Below are positions 35,944-47,164 of a stretch of 64,000 nucleotides of DNA, in pieces. The stretch spans positions 26,059 to 90,058 of the IMG/VR virus record IMGVR_UViG_3300028854_000012, one strand, 5' to 3'. The DNA is from a virus. The stretch's first letter is position 1, and each line of letters begins with the position of its first letter. The position numbers were made by a program, and so were the translations under genes. The notes under the pieces were generated by a model. That model was not told the origin of the DNA. It made no database searches and saw only the letters and a program-made list of their open reading frames with translations.

Positions 35944-38325
35944 ATGGCTTCTACTGTTAAAATAAAAACACATGGTAATACTACTTTGGAAGGTTTGGAA
36001 TTAGAAAATTTCAGTACCGAAGAAACCCTTGTTGCTATTTTAGACCAGATAAAAACACTTTCTACTGGTGTTTTTACTAAAGAAGATGATACAAAAAAGA
36101 AAACAGAAAAACACCAATCCAAACTAGAAAAATGGTTTCAACAATTAACTGGAGGTGCAGTTGGAGGCGTTGTTGGTGGTGAAGTTGCTGCCGGGAGCAA
36201 CGAGGCGATTGGAGCAGTTTCTAATATAATTACACCATTATTGAATTCAATTATTCCATTTGGTGATTTATTAATTGATTTTGCAGAGTTAACACCAGAA
36301 ATTTTATTAGTAGTTGTTGCTTTCAAAGCAGTTACAGCAGTGTTGCATATATTTCAAAGTGGATTAAATTTGGTTTCTCGATCCATAACTTCTATTTTTA
36401 CTGTAGCTGGAAATTTTATAGGAACTATTTTATCTGGTAAAACAGCTATGAGCGACTATTTTGCTGCATTGCAAAGAGGAACAGATACTATTCCAATTAT
36501 TGGAACTTTGACAAAATTTTTATCTGAAGGAATTAATATTATTGACTCTTGGAATCAATCCTTAATTGAACTAACAAAAAATGGAGCAAATTTTGGTGGT
36601 AATATTACAGATTTAGTAAATGGTGCAGCCGACGCTGGATTAACAGTTGAAGAATTTTCTCGTGTTATTAAAGAAAATGTAGATAGTTTATCTACATTTG
36701 GTTCTGTGATGAATGGTGTGAATACTTACACAAAAGTTTCCAAAATAGGAATGGCTGACTTTTCTGGGCAATTAGCCGATATGGGAATTTCATTTTCACA
36801 ATATAGTGAAGAGCTTCCAAAGATTTTAAATTTGTTTGGTGCTTCTGCAAAGGCGCACGGTGCAAGTGATAGAGACCTTGCACAAAGTTCCATTAATTTA
36901 ATTGCTCAATTTGATACTATGAGTCAATTAACTGGAAAAACTCGTGAACAACAAGAAGCTGACTTGGCAAAACTAACAGACGATGCTGCGTGGCAACAAA
37001 AATTAACACATATGACACAATCAGAAGCAGCTAATTATACACAAGCACTAAGTGAAATTCAAAGCACTACTGGTAATGCGTATGCAGAATTATATAAATT
37101 AAGTGTTTTAGGTATTCCTCCATTAACAAAAGAATTACAAAATATTTTATCTACTACGCCGGGATTGAGAACTGAATTTGAACGCATGACTGCGGCTGTT
37201 AAAGCAGGAGGACCACAATTAGGAGAAAAATTAGATACTGTGGCCTCGCATATGGTTGCTATTGGATTAAAAGCTGGGCAATCTTATGAAACTTTAATTG
37301 CAGCATCAACAGCCGGGATGTCTGGAGCAGCTACAGATATAGCAGCAGTTCAGAAAGATTTATTAGCAAATAGACTATCCTTTTATAAAAATGGTGTTTT
37401 TCAAGAAGAAGAATATAAAAAACAAATAACAGCACAACGTATACATCTCGAAAATGTTAATAAACTATCTAGTGGATTATTGGAATTCAGTAATATCATG
37501 ATGGTTTTGCGAGACAATATAACTACTAATGTGATTGTTCCATTAGTTAGTAAAATTGGACCACTTATTAATATGATTACTACAGAATTAGGTGGAAGTA
37601 CTGGTCCATTAAATAATCTTGTTTCAATGATATCTAATATGGTTGATCAATTTGGTGGTTGGCTAAAAAAAGAAATTGCAAGCGGAAATTTTAAAATTGG
37701 TATAGATAGATTTATTAAAGTGATTGTGGGCGCGATTACTATTATGGTTGATTTAATTCCAATGGTTGGAAGTATGATTGCATGGGTAGTAGAAAATTGG
37801 GATTCAATAAAATCAATATCTGTAGCGATTATGCAACAAGTTATATATCCTATATTAGTTTTGGTTTTAGCTCTTACTGGTGTTATAATATTAGCTTTGT
37901 GGCCATTAATAATGTTTGGACAAGCACTGATCAGTGCAGTTAAATTACTTACAAAATTTACTAATGGTCTTCATCATATGACCGATGGTATTGCTCATGA
38001 TATTGCCAAGTTTTTTGGAGTTGAATCACCAAATAATATTACAGATTCGGTTGGATCAATTCCAGAAAACAATACTCCAAAATTACTTGTTAATAATCAA
38101 CTATATGACCATTTTAAAAATACAAACGAAGAAAAGGCTAAAGAAAATCCAGAAAATGTTTCAACACAAAATACAAGTAATCCTTTACCGGTAGATACAA
38201 TGACTGATAAATTAGATGCATTGAATTCATCAATGTTGGAACAAAATCATTGGCTAAGAGGAATTCATGAAAATACGGCTGGTTCTTTAAATATTAACAA
38301 GAAACAATTAGCTGTTACACAATAA
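35944..38325 (+). CDS. tape-measure-like protein
   Basis: 793 aa, helical Ala/Gly-rich with hydrophobic segments, L..LTGKTRE motif, next to hub and portal genes. Confidence 0.6.
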   Translation: MASTVKIKTHGNTTLEGLELENFSTEETLVAILDQIKTLSTGVFTKEDDTKKKTEKHQSKLEKWFQQLTGGAVGGVVGGEVAAGSNEAIGAVSNIITPLLNSIIPFGDLLIDFAELTPEILLVVVAFKAVTAVLHIFQSGLNLVSRSITSIFTVAGNFIGTILSGKTAMSDYFAALQRGTDTIPIIGTLTKFLSEGINIIDSWNQSLIELTKNGANFGGNITDLVNGAADAGLTVEEFSRVIKENVDSLSTFGSVMNGVNTYTKVSKIGMADFSGQLADMGISFSQYSEELPKILNLFGASAKAHGASDRDLAQSSINLIAQFDTMSQLTGKTREQQEADLAKLTDDAAWQQKLTHMTQSEAANYTQALSEIQSTTGNAYAELYKLSVLGIPPLTKELQNILSTTPGLRTEFERMTAAVKAGGPQLGEKLDTVASHMVAIGLKAGQSYETLIAASTAGMSGAATDIAAVQKDLLANRLSFYKNGVFQEEEYKKQITAQRIHLENVNKLSSGLLEFSNIMMVLRDNITTNVIVPLVSKIGPLINMITTELGGSTGPLNNLVSMISNMVDQFGGWLKKEIASGNFKIGIDRFIKVIVGAITIMVDLIPMVGSMIAWVVENWDSIKSISVAIMQQVIYPILVLVLALTGVIILALWPLIMFGQALISAVKLLTKFTNGLHHMTDGIAHDIAKFFGVESPNNITDSVGSIPENNTPKLLVNNQLYDHFKNTNEEKAKENPENVSTQNTSNPLPVDTMTDKLDALNSSMLEQNHWLRGIHENTAGSLNINKKQLAVTQ

Positions 38326-38374
38326 TTAAAGATAAATAATATACGAAATAGATTAATAAAATTGGAGTTGCATA

Positions 38375-40123
38375 GTGAGTTGGAAAAAATACTTCCGATC
38401 TTCAAATAAATCAGGAACAATGAGTCCCTTATCTCGTAGGGGTGGTCATTCCCTTGGTAGCGATTCAGGGCAAGGCGTTTTGAATTATCCTAATTTACTT
38501 CAAGAATCGTACATGGGTTGTCCAAATAGAATAGAAAGATATCAACAAATGGAAAGTATGGATGGAGATTCAGAAATTAATGCTGCATTGGATATTCTTG
38601 CAGAATTTAGCACACAAAGTGGTCCAGATGATCAACTATGTTTTGATATTCATTATAAAGAACCACCAACAGAAACAGAATCAAAGATTATTAAGGAACG
38701 TTTAGATAAATGGTATCATCTCAGCGAATTTGATAAACGAGCATTTAGAATGTTTCGTAATGTATTGAAATATGGCGACCAAGTTTTTTTGCGCGATCCA
38801 GAAACGTTTAAACTTTTTTATGTTGAAATGGATAATGTTATTAAAGTAATTGTAAATGAAAGCAAAGGTAAAAAACCAGAACAATATATCATTCGAAATA
38901 TTAATCCAAATTTTCAAAATCTAACTGTTACACAAGTTACGTCTCAAAATTTATATAATGTAATACCAAGCGGCCCCGGATTTGGATCGGCTGCTGGTAA
39001 TAATATGCCAGTTTCGCCAATGAGTGGAAGTAGTAGGTTTACTCATGGACAAAATGAACATGCTATCGAAGCACAACATGTATTGCATCTTTCATTAACC
39101 GAAGGTCTTGATCCAAACTGGCCGTTTGGAACAAGTATTTTGGAAATGGTATTTAAAGTTTATAAACAAAAAGAATTGTTGGAAGATAGTATTGTAATTT
39201 ATAGAATTCAAAGAGCGCCAGAAAGAAGAGTTTTTAATATTGATGTTGGAGAAATGCCAAGCCATTTAGCAATGGCATTTATTGAAAAAGTAAAAAATGA
39301 AATTCACCAACGAAGAATACCATCAATGGGAGAAGGTCAACATTTTCAGGATAGTTCATATCAAGGACTTGCACCCAATGCTGATTTTTTCTTTCCAAGA
39401 ACTGCATCGGGCAAAGGATCAGAAGTAACGCAATTGGCTGGTGGTCAAAATTTGGACCAAATCAATGACTTGTTATATTTTAATAACAAAATGGCAAGAG
39501 CTTTAAGAATTCCAAGTAGTTATTTACCAACTGGTCCAGAAGAAAGTGCCGCAACTATGAACGATGGAAGAGTAGGAACAGCATTAATTCAAGAATATAG
39601 ATTTAATCAATATTGTCAAAGATTGCAACGATTGATTTGTGCGCCATTGGATTTAGAATTTAAAGCATATTTAAAATGGTGTGGAGTTAATATTGATTCT
39701 AGTATGTTTAAACTTATGTTTAAACCTCCACAAAACTTTGCTCATTATCGTCAAGCAGAATTAGATTCTACTAAAATTGGAACATTTTCTCAACTTGAAG
39801 GATATCCATATTTTAGCAAACGCTGGTTAATGGAAAGATTCCTTGGTCTTACACAAGATGAAATTGTGGAAAATCAAAAATTATGGCGTGAAGAAAAAGA
39901 AGAAACGGCTGGAGCAGATGGAGAACCACCATCTTCTCGTAATTTAGGTATAACACCGGGTGGAATTCAATCAGATATGGATATGTTTAATTCAAATGAA
40001 AATCCAGAAGGAACCATGGAGGGTCCAGAAGGACCGGAATCTCCCGGTGCTAACGAAGGAGAATCTCCAACGGGTGGTGAAGGTGGAGCAGCACCTACTG
40101 GTGGCCCACAACCAGAATTTTAA
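38375..40123 (+). CDS. gp20: portal protein (T4 gp20-like)
   Basis: LLEDSIVIYRIQRAPERRVF-x-IDVG-x-MP, FFPR, LRIPSS. Confidence 0.95.
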   Translation: MSWKKYFRSSNKSGTMSPLSRRGGHSLGSDSGQGVLNYPNLLQESYMGCPNRIERYQQMESMDGDSEINAALDILAEFSTQSGPDDQLCFDIHYKEPPTETESKIIKERLDKWYHLSEFDKRAFRMFRNVLKYGDQVFLRDPETFKLFYVEMDNVIKVIVNESKGKKPEQYIIRNINPNFQNLTVTQVTSQNLYNVIPSGPGFGSAAGNNMPVSPMSGSSRFTHGQNEHAIEAQHVLHLSLTEGLDPNWPFGTSILEMVFKVYKQKELLEDSIVIYRIQRAPERRVFNIDVGEMPSHLAMAFIEKVKNEIHQRRIPSMGEGQHFQDSSYQGLAPNADFFFPRTASGKGSEVTQLAGGQNLDQINDLLYFNNKMARALRIPSSYLPTGPEESAATMNDGRVGTALIQEYRFNQYCQRLQRLICAPLDLEFKAYLKWCGVNIDSSMFKLMFKPPQNFAHYRQAELDSTKIGTFSQLEGYPYFSKRWLMERFLGLTQDEIVENQKLWREEKEETAGADGEPPSSRNLGITPGGIQSDMDMFNSNENPEGTMEGPEGPESPGANEGESPTGGEGGAAPTGGPQPEF

Positions 40124-40155
40124 AATAAAATCATAAATACAGTTGGTGAATAATT

Positions 40156-40383
40156 ATGATCATTACTGAAATGTTTCAAGATGAAGATACATTAGAGAAC
40201 GAATACATGGACCCATCCGAAGATAATGAGGTTCCAAAATTAAATGATCTTCGTAAAACAAAATTGACTCTTGGACAAATAAATAGAATGCGTCTAATTA
40301 GAGATGTAAGAAATTTTGAGAAAAAACATAGTCTGGAAAATATACGAAAGCAGTATGGAATACCTCCAGCCGAACCCATGTAA
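40156..40383 (+). CDS. small head-assembly-region protein
   Basis: Follows portal; RKTKLTL-x-QINRMR..QYG. Confidence 0.7.
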   Translation: MIITEMFQDEDTLENEYMDPSEDNEVPKLNDLRKTKLTLGQINRMRLIRDVRNFEKKHSLENIRKQYGIPPAEPM

Positions 40384-40412
40384 TACAACGTATATATACG
40401 TAGGAAAATCCA

Positions 40413-41510
40413 ATGGCTCTATGTAATACAAAAATACTATTCATATTAAAACGTCGAGATTTGTATGGGGATTATGATTGTCTTGGGCAAGCATCAAATA
40501 CAATCGATGGTCTTCCTAGATTAACAAGTGGATTATTTAACAGTGCTTTTTTTGTTGAACAGATGCTTTCCAGTTCAGGAATATTTTGTAAACTGGTTGA
40601 AGTAATAGATAATAATGAAATAGATAGAGTAGTCCATGAATATAAACCAACACATGTTATTATTGAAGGTTTGTGGGTAGTTCCAGAAAAATTTGTAATC
40701 CTTTCTAAATTACATCCAAAGGTAAAATGGATTGTTAGAATACATTCTGAGATTCCATTTTTAGCTATGGAGGGAGTTGCCATTGATTGGATTATAAAAT
40801 ATATGGCATATGAAAGTGTTATAGTTGCTTGTAACTCTATTATTGCCACACGAGATTTAAGACATCTGATTGCTTCTTATTATGAAAATTGGAATCAATA
40901 TAAGATAGAACAGAAGATTATTTTACTTCCAAATTATTATCCTATTCAAGAAAAACCAGATACAAAATATGATGATGATAAACACGCACCATTAAATATT
41001 GCTTGTTTTGGAGCAATTCGTCCTTTAAAGAATCAATTAGTTCAGGCAATGGCCGCGATTAAATATGCTAAAAAACATAATCGTTCATTAAATTTTCATA
41101 TGAATAGCACTAGAACAGAACAAGGCGGTAATAATAATTTCAAAAATATTTTAGCATTATTTGATGGAGATAGATATAAATTGATAACTCATCCATGGAT
41201 GCCACATGATGAATTTTTATTAATTGTTCGTCAAATGGATGTATCTATGTGTGTTTCTTTTTCGGAAACATTTTGTATTGTAGCGGCAGATAGTGTAAAT
41301 GAAAGAATTCCACTGGTTGCATCTAAAGAAGTAAATTGGTGTGATGTTTTTTCACACGCTGATCCTACAAATATAGATTCAATTGAAGATGCTATTGGTA
41401 GAGTTTTGAATCCAATAACAAGAAGTATTTTTGTGGCTATTAATTATAGAAAACTGTGTTCATATTGTGAAAATTCTAAAAATATATGGACAGCATATTT
41501 TAAAAAATAA
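40413..41510 (+). CDS. GT-B (GT4-like) glycosyltransferase
   Basis: FGAIRPLKN, SFSETFCIVAAD..P. Confidence 0.75.
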   Translation: MALCNTKILFILKRRDLYGDYDCLGQASNTIDGLPRLTSGLFNSAFFVEQMLSSSGIFCKLVEVIDNNEIDRVVHEYKPTHVIIEGLWVVPEKFVILSKLHPKVKWIVRIHSEIPFLAMEGVAIDWIIKYMAYESVIVACNSIIATRDLRHLIASYYENWNQYKIEQKIILLPNYYPIQEKPDTKYDDDKHAPLNIACFGAIRPLKNQLVQAMAAIKYAKKHNRSLNFHMNSTRTEQGGNNNFKNILALFDGDRYKLITHPWMPHDEFLLIVRQMDVSMCVSFSETFCIVAADSVNERIPLVASKEVNWCDVFSHADPTNIDSIEDAIGRVLNPITRSIFVAINYRKLCSYCENSKNIWTAYFKK

Positions 41511-41516
41511 AGTTAG

Positions 41517-42224
41517 ATGAGAAAAAAACTTACATATGATGAATTTGTAAACAGAGCCAATATTGTTTTTAATAACATATATGACTATAGTAAATTTGTC
41601 TATATTAATAACTACACTAAAGGAATTATAATATGTTCATTACATGGCCAATTCTTACAAAAACCAAATAATCATTTACACGGTCAACGATGCTCTCAAT
41701 GCACTAACAATAAAAAATTAGACACTTTTGGTTTCATAGAAAAAGCAAAATACATTCATCAAAATAAATATGATTACTCACAGTCTAATTATATAAACAG
41801 TGCTACTAAAATAAAAATTGTTTGTCCTATTCATGGAGTGTTTGAACAAAAACCAAACAATCATCTATCTTCGGCACAAGGTTGTCCAAAATGTAAAGAA
41901 GCTAAAGGAGAACGATTAATACGAAGTTGGTTAGTGAAAAATAAAATAAAGTTTGATAGTCACTTTACTGTTTTTGGTTATAAAAATGAAAAATCTTTGC
42001 TTTTTGATTTTGCTATATTTGATGATCAAAAACTTGTTGGTTTAATAGAATACAATGGAGAATCTCATTCTAAAATAATACTGAATGAAACAAAGACATA
42101 TCACAAGGATCAAATTAAAATTGATTATTGTAAAACACATAATATTCCATTACTGATAGTTTCCTATGAAGAAGTAACACAACTCAATACATTTTTAAAA
42201 GAATTTGTGGCTAAACAAGCATAA
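41517..42224 (+). CDS. zinc-finger-repeat homing endonuclease
   Basis: Two YDYS..C..HG.F.Q.P..HL repeats; FDF..IEYNG..H. Confidence 0.8.
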   Translation: MRKKLTYDEFVNRANIVFNNIYDYSKFVYINNYTKGIIICSLHGQFLQKPNNHLHGQRCSQCTNNKKLDTFGFIEKAKYIHQNKYDYSQSNYINSATKIKIVCPIHGVFEQKPNNHLSSAQGCPKCKEAKGERLIRSWLVKNKIKFDSHFTVFGYKNEKSLLFDFAIFDDQKLVGLIEYNGESHSKIILNETKTYHKDQIKIDYCKTHNIPLLIVSYEEVTQLNTFLKEFVAKQA

Positions 42225-42275
42225 TATTATAAAATAAGTAAATAGCTATAGAAGTGAAACCAAGGAGATTATAAA

Positions 42276-43154
42276 ATGCAAACAAAATTTGAGAAGTTAA
42301 TTGAATACGTTGTTGCCAATGACGAAAAGAGAGCACGTTCTTTATTTCATCAAATCGTAATTGACAAGAGTCGTAAAATTTATGAAGCGTTAGATATGGA
42401 TAATACCGAACGCGCATTTGATGATGTAGAAGCAGATCATTCTGCATCTGACCAACATTTTGATGAATTTGGTGGTGATGAATCTGATGATTTAGAAACC
42501 GACGTATTTGATGACACCGATAGTGATGGCCTTGGTGATATGGGCGATGAAACTGGTGAACTTAATCCAGAAATCGATGACCGTGTTGCTGATCTAGAAC
42601 AAGAGTTTGATGCTCTTAAAGCAGAATTTGAAGAACTTCTTCACTCCGAAGAAGGTGAAGGCGAAGAAGAGTTAGAAGGTCTTGATGATGAGGAAGAAGG
42701 ACTAGAAGGTCTTGAATCTGCTGTTGACGACGAAGAAGGCGAAGAAGAACATGTTGAAGACGAAGTTGAAGGTGATGAATCTGTTGATGAAGTAGAGGAT
42801 GACACCGAAGATGACGATGACGAAGAAGAAAAGGAAGCACCAGTAGATGAAAGCATTATTCGTGAGTATGTTCTCAAGGTAACTCAAGGACTTGCTAACT
42901 CTTCCGAAGAAGGTTTTGTCCAAAAGAAAAGCCCAGTTTCAGCAAAGCCAAGTATCGTTCCCGGTATTTCCGCAAAGAACTTGAACAAAGGCGGAACTTC
43001 CGAAGGACGCCCAGTTCCAAAGTCAACTGAAATGATTGGTGATGCAGAAGTTGTAAATCGCCCCGGTCGTAAAACAGTTACTTTGAAACCAACACCAAAA
43101 CCAGTAACTACAAAAGAAGAACCTTCTGTAAATAAGAAGTCAGTAGAAGCATAA
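42276..43154 (+). CDS. highly acidic prohead core-like protein
   Basis: D/E-rich; FHQIVIDKSRKIYE; located between portal and protease. Confidence 0.7.
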   Translation: MQTKFEKLIEYVVANDEKRARSLFHQIVIDKSRKIYEALDMDNTERAFDDVEADHSASDQHFDEFGGDESDDLETDVFDDTDSDGLGDMGDETGELNPEIDDRVADLEQEFDALKAEFEELLHSEEGEGEEELEGLDDEEEGLEGLESAVDDEEGEEEHVEDEVEGDESVDEVEDDTEDDDDEEEKEAPVDESIIREYVLKVTQGLANSSEEGFVQKKSPVSAKPSIVPGISAKNLNKGGTSEGRPVPKSTEMIGDAEVVNRPGRKTVTLKPTPKPVTTKEEPSVNKKSVEA

Positions 43155-43180
43155 AATTAAAAACTTAAATTATATTAAAT

Positions 43181-43206
43181 CAAAAGCTAGGCTAGCCTAG
43201 CTTTTG
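43181..43206 (+). terminator. intrinsic terminator
   Basis: CAAAAGCTAGG-CTAG-CCTAGCTTTTG. Confidence 0.7.
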
Positions 43207-43249
43207 TGTTATAATAAACATATATTGTGGTAACTATAAAGAGGTATCA

Positions 43250-44965
43250 TTGAATAAATATCAAGAAAAGATAACAGAATTATATTTAAAACAGCCCAAA
43301 CACGCCATAAAAATGATTTTTTCTAATACTGACTTAAAAAAATGGGTTGAAAATAATTGTGATCCTGCTAGTCCAAATAAATTAACAATGGTTTATACTG
43401 CTTATCATAACATTTTGCTTGTTTGTCCATGTGGGTCGGGTAAGTTAAGAAAATGTAATCGTTTTAATAACGGGCTTGCGTTTTGTGGAACGCGCTCGTG
43501 TTCTATAAATGCTATTATAATTAAAGAAAAAACAAAACAAACCAATCTTGAAAGATATGGTGTTGTTGATCCAATGTCTAACTTTGAAGTTCAAGAAAAA
43601 GGAAGGAAAACAAATCTTGAAAGATATGGAACAGAATTTACATTTCAAAATAAAGATGTTAAAGAAAAAATAAAAAATACTAATGTTGAAAGATATGGAT
43701 TTGAAAATGTTTCACAAAATAGTAATATCCAAAGAAAAAGAAAATTATCAAATTTAGAAAAATATGGATTTAACCATCCGTCTTCAACTATTGCTTTTAG
43801 GGAAAGAGTAAAAAACACTAATCTTGAAAGATATGGTGTGGATAATCCTCAAAAAATAAATGAAGTTAAAGAAAAAACAAAACAAACTAATCTTGAAAGA
43901 TATGGATTTGCATATATTAATCAAAGACATTATTCTAAATTAGCAAAAGAGATATTATTTGATATTGAAAAATTTAAAAGTTTTCTCGAACAACATGGTG
44001 TAAAAAATATGGCTTTATTATTAGAAACCAGCGAATCAAATATATATGTAAAACATCTAAATTTTGGTTTAAATATTATTAGTGCCTCTTCGTCATCTTA
44101 TGAAAGCGAAATAGCTACTTGGCTTTTAAGTCATAATATTGAATTTATTCAAAATTCAAAAAAAATTATTTCTCCATTGGAGTTAGATTTTTATTTACCA
44201 AATCAAAAAGTAGCTATAGAATTTAATGGTTTATATTGGCATAGTGAGATTGAATGTAAAAATAAAAATTATCATTTTGATAAAATGCAAAGATGTAATA
44301 AATTAGGTATTCGGTTAATTCATATATTTGAAGACGAATGGCGAAATAAACGAGAAGTTTGTTTGGATGTTTTATCTCGTATTTTAAATATTAAGATGAT
44401 CCATGTGGCTGCAAGAAAATGTCAAATTAAAGAACTTACTAATAAAGATTCACGTGAGTTTTTAGAAAATAATCACCTTCAAGGATATGCCTCTGCCACC
44501 ATTAATCTTGGTATGTTTTATGAAAATAATTTAATTCAGCTTTTAACCTTTAGAAAACCGAGATATAATAAAAATATTCAATGGGAAAATGTGCGGTGTT
44601 GTAATAAAATAGGATATCAAATCATCGGTGGTGTGGGAAAATTATGGACATATTTTCTTAGAAAATATAATCCAGAATCGGTGGTTTCTTATTGTGATTT
44701 GCGCTGGTTTACTGGAGAAACATATAAAAAATTATTATTTCATTTGAATCATATTACAAAAATTCAATATTATTATACAAATTATAAAAATAGATGGCAT
44801 CGATCTTTATTTACCAAAAAGAAATGTATTAAAAAAGCAATATCATTAAATAATATAACCGAAAATCTATTAAACCAAATGACAGAAAATCAAATTACAA
44901 AAGAAATTTTGCATTTAGATAGAATATGGGATTGTGGACAACAAACATGGATTTGGAAACAATAG
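43250..44965 (+). CDS. putative homing endonuclease (TNLERYG repeats, Vsr-like domain, C-terminal extra domain)
   Basis: Six N-x-E-(R/K)-YG repeats; ELDFY..IEFNGLYWHSE..FEDEW; IWDCG end. Confidence 0.8.
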   Translation: MNKYQEKITELYLKQPKHAIKMIFSNTDLKKWVENNCDPASPNKLTMVYTAYHNILLVCPCGSGKLRKCNRFNNGLAFCGTRSCSINAIIIKEKTKQTNLERYGVVDPMSNFEVQEKGRKTNLERYGTEFTFQNKDVKEKIKNTNVERYGFENVSQNSNIQRKRKLSNLEKYGFNHPSSTIAFRERVKNTNLERYGVDNPQKINEVKEKTKQTNLERYGFAYINQRHYSKLAKEILFDIEKFKSFLEQHGVKNMALLLETSESNIYVKHLNFGLNIISASSSSYESEIATWLLSHNIEFIQNSKKIISPLELDFYLPNQKVAIEFNGLYWHSEIECKNKNYHFDKMQRCNKLGIRLIHIFEDEWRNKREVCLDVLSRILNIKMIHVAARKCQIKELTNKDSREFLENNHLQGYASATINLGMFYENNLIQLLTFRKPRYNKNIQWENVRCCNKIGYQIIGGVGKLWTYFLRKYNPESVVSYCDLRWFTGETYKKLLFHLNHITKIQYYYTNYKNRWHRSLFTKKKCIKKAISLNNITENLLNQMTENQITKEILHLDRIWDCGQQTWIWKQ

Positions 44966-44990
44966 TTTTGAAATTTAATTATATTAAAGG

Positions 44991-45019
44991 TTCGGTTGGA
45001 TAATACCAACCGAATTTTT
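44991..45019 (+). terminator. intrinsic terminator
   Basis: TTCGGTTGG..CCAACCGAA plus T-run. Confidence 0.7.
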
Positions 45020-45061
45020 GTTTCTGTATAAATACTATTGACAATATTATGAGGTAAAACT

Positions 45062-45706
45062 ATGAATAAACAATCTCTATTTGAATATCAAAATCCATCT
45101 ACTATGACAATTGAAATTGATGAGTCCATAGATGCCACTGGAAAGAAACAAAAAGACCTTTATATGAAGGGTATTTTTATTCAGGGTGATGTTCGTAACC
45201 ATAATCAGCGCATTTACCCTGTTAGTGAAATTAAATCGGCTGTTGATTCTTTAAATAAATTAATTGAGGGGAATATTCCAGTTTTTGGACAACTCGATCA
45301 TCCAGATGATTTAAAAATTAGTTTGGATAGAGTATCGCATGTCATTACTAGTATGTGGATGGAGGGAGCTAATGGTTTAGGAAAATTAAAAGTTCTTCCT
45401 ACACCCATGGGTAATATTATTCGTTCAATTCTTGAAAGTGGTGTTAAACTTGGTGTAAGTAGCCGTGGTAGTGGTAATGTTAATGAGAGCACAGGAACGG
45501 TTTCTGATTTTGAGATTATTACAGTAGATTGTGTTGCACAACCATCGGCACCAAATGCTTTTCCAATTCCAGTATATGAAGGTTTATTAAATCGTAATCA
45601 TGGATATAAAACATTGGAATTAGCAGAAGAAGTTAATTCAAACCCAAGAGTTCAGAAATATTTGGCTGAAGAGATTACTCGTTTTATTAAAGATTTAAAG
45701 AGATAA
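45062..45706 (+). CDS. gp21: prohead protease (T4 gp21-like)
   Basis: GIFIQ..N.N.R.Y, LDHP, VSH, LGVSSRG.G, D.VA.PSAPNA. Confidence 0.95.
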   Translation: MNKQSLFEYQNPSTMTIEIDESIDATGKKQKDLYMKGIFIQGDVRNHNQRIYPVSEIKSAVDSLNKLIEGNIPVFGQLDHPDDLKISLDRVSHVITSMWMEGANGLGKLKVLPTPMGNIIRSILESGVKLGVSSRGSGNVNESTGTVSDFEIITVDCVAQPSAPNAFPIPVYEGLLNRNHGYKTLELAEEVNSNPRVQKYLAEEITRFIKDLKR

Positions 45707-45716
45707 GGAAAATAAA

Positions 45717-46235
45717 ATGCCAACTATTCTCGAAGAACTAACTAACTATCGAAATATTCTTACTGAATCATATGTTGAAAAATATACAGAAGTAAGATGT
45801 CCATATGATGGTGGTTTCATTGGAGAAGATGGACATTGTGAAGAATGCGGAGAAGCATATGGCCGAGTTTGTGCCAAATGCAAGGGAATAAATGGTTGCT
45901 CGTGCAAAGATTTAAAAGAATATTATACTCCACAAGAACAAGAATACTCTCAAGATTTAATGTATGGTAAAAAACAAGCAATTGATGGTCTTTTTGCGTG
46001 TTCTGAAAGAATTCCAGATGGAGAAACAATAAGTTATAAAGCATTTGAAGAATTTTTAATTAAACACCGTAAACAAACATCAGGTAGATTAGCGAATAAA
46101 GTTTTTCAATTTAGCAATGGTTGGAATTTAATTCTACGTAAAGTTCAAGAAATGTGTCCAAAAAATAAAATTACAAAAGAAGAACTTGAATCAATTCTTG
46201 TGTTTATTGGACAAAAAGAATTGAATTGGAACTAA
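45717..46235 (+). CDS. hypothetical protein with zinc-ribbon module
   Basis: MPTILEELTNYRNILTE; CEECG, CAKC. Confidence 0.65.
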   Translation: MPTILEELTNYRNILTESYVEKYTEVRCPYDGGFIGEDGHCEECGEAYGRVCAKCKGINGCSCKDLKEYYTPQEQEYSQDLMYGKKQAIDGLFACSERIPDGETISYKAFEEFLIKHRKQTSGRLANKVFQFSNGWNLILRKVQEMCPKNKITKEELESILVFIGQKELNWN

Positions 46236-46274
46236 TTTAATAAAAGAAATAAATAGAAATAAGGAGTTATCATA

Positions 46275-47162
46275 ATGAAAACCTTAACTGAAACAATGTC
46301 TAATTATCGTGATATGGTTATATCCGAAAAATGGGATGAAAAAATGCACACACCCAAAGATGAAAAAGGTAAATGGGATGATTGGTCTCTTGCTGATTTA
46401 AAGGGTGAACTTTCTAAATTGAAGAATAATCCAAAGAAATCTGATGCTCTAAAGAAACGCGAAAAACAAGTAGAGTTTGCTATTCGTTCCAAGCAGAAAA
46501 ATAAATGGGGTAAGATTAAGGAAGCTAAAACTCTTAAAGAAAGTGCTCATCCTAAGATGGAAGCTATTCTTAATAAATATGCCTCAGATGTTGATAAATT
46601 TATTGAAGATGGTTTTTATTTACCTTCTACAAGTAAAGAATTTCAATACGCTTTATATGAATATTATGTATCTGATATGCCATATGGAACTGCCAAGGCA
46701 CGAACAGGTGATCCTGATGAATTTGTCACCGAACATTTTTCAAAATATTTAATAGACAATGGTTTAGTTCCAGATGACGAAGACACACCTACTAATTTTT
46801 TGTCTAGCCCACAGATTGCACCAATTCCACCAGACACTCTTGGAGAAAGTAGAACAAACCGTAAATGTAATGGAAAAGGATGTGATAAGAAGTGTGTTGA
46901 TGGAAAGAACTATTGTAGTAAGAAGTGTCAGAGCAATACTATAAATCTTAAAAAAGAAGTTCCCATTGATAAGAAACTAAAAGAAAATAAATTTACTCCC
47001 GGACCATGGACTAAAGCTGGAGCAATTCAAGAAGGAAAAGCCGCTGATAAAAATAAGAACTGTAAATCTTGTAAGGCAGAATTAAAAGGTCTTGATAGCA
47101 AGGAACGTGCATTATGCTCAGCTTGCTGGAAGAAAGAAAAAGAATCATTTAAGAAGAAATAA
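46275..47162 (+). CDS. modular hypothetical protein
   Basis: MKTLTETMSNYRDMVISE; MPYGTAKARTGDP module; two Cys clusters. Confidence 0.7.
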   Translation: MKTLTETMSNYRDMVISEKWDEKMHTPKDEKGKWDDWSLADLKGELSKLKNNPKKSDALKKREKQVEFAIRSKQKNKWGKIKEAKTLKESAHPKMEAILNKYASDVDKFIEDGFYLPSTSKEFQYALYEYYVSDMPYGTAKARTGDPDEFVTEHFSKYLIDNGLVPDDEDTPTNFLSSPQIAPIPPDTLGESRTNRKCNGKGCDKKCVDGKNYCSKKCQSNTINLKKEVPIDKKLKENKFTPGPWTKAGAIQEGKAADKNKNCKSCKAELKGLDSKERALCSACWKKEKESFKKK

Positions 47163-47164
47163 TC

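Noticed and set aside
42616-42923. Ser-rich and Leu-rich minus-strand ORFs
   Set aside because: Shadows of the GAA/GAT-rich acidic protein on the plus strand
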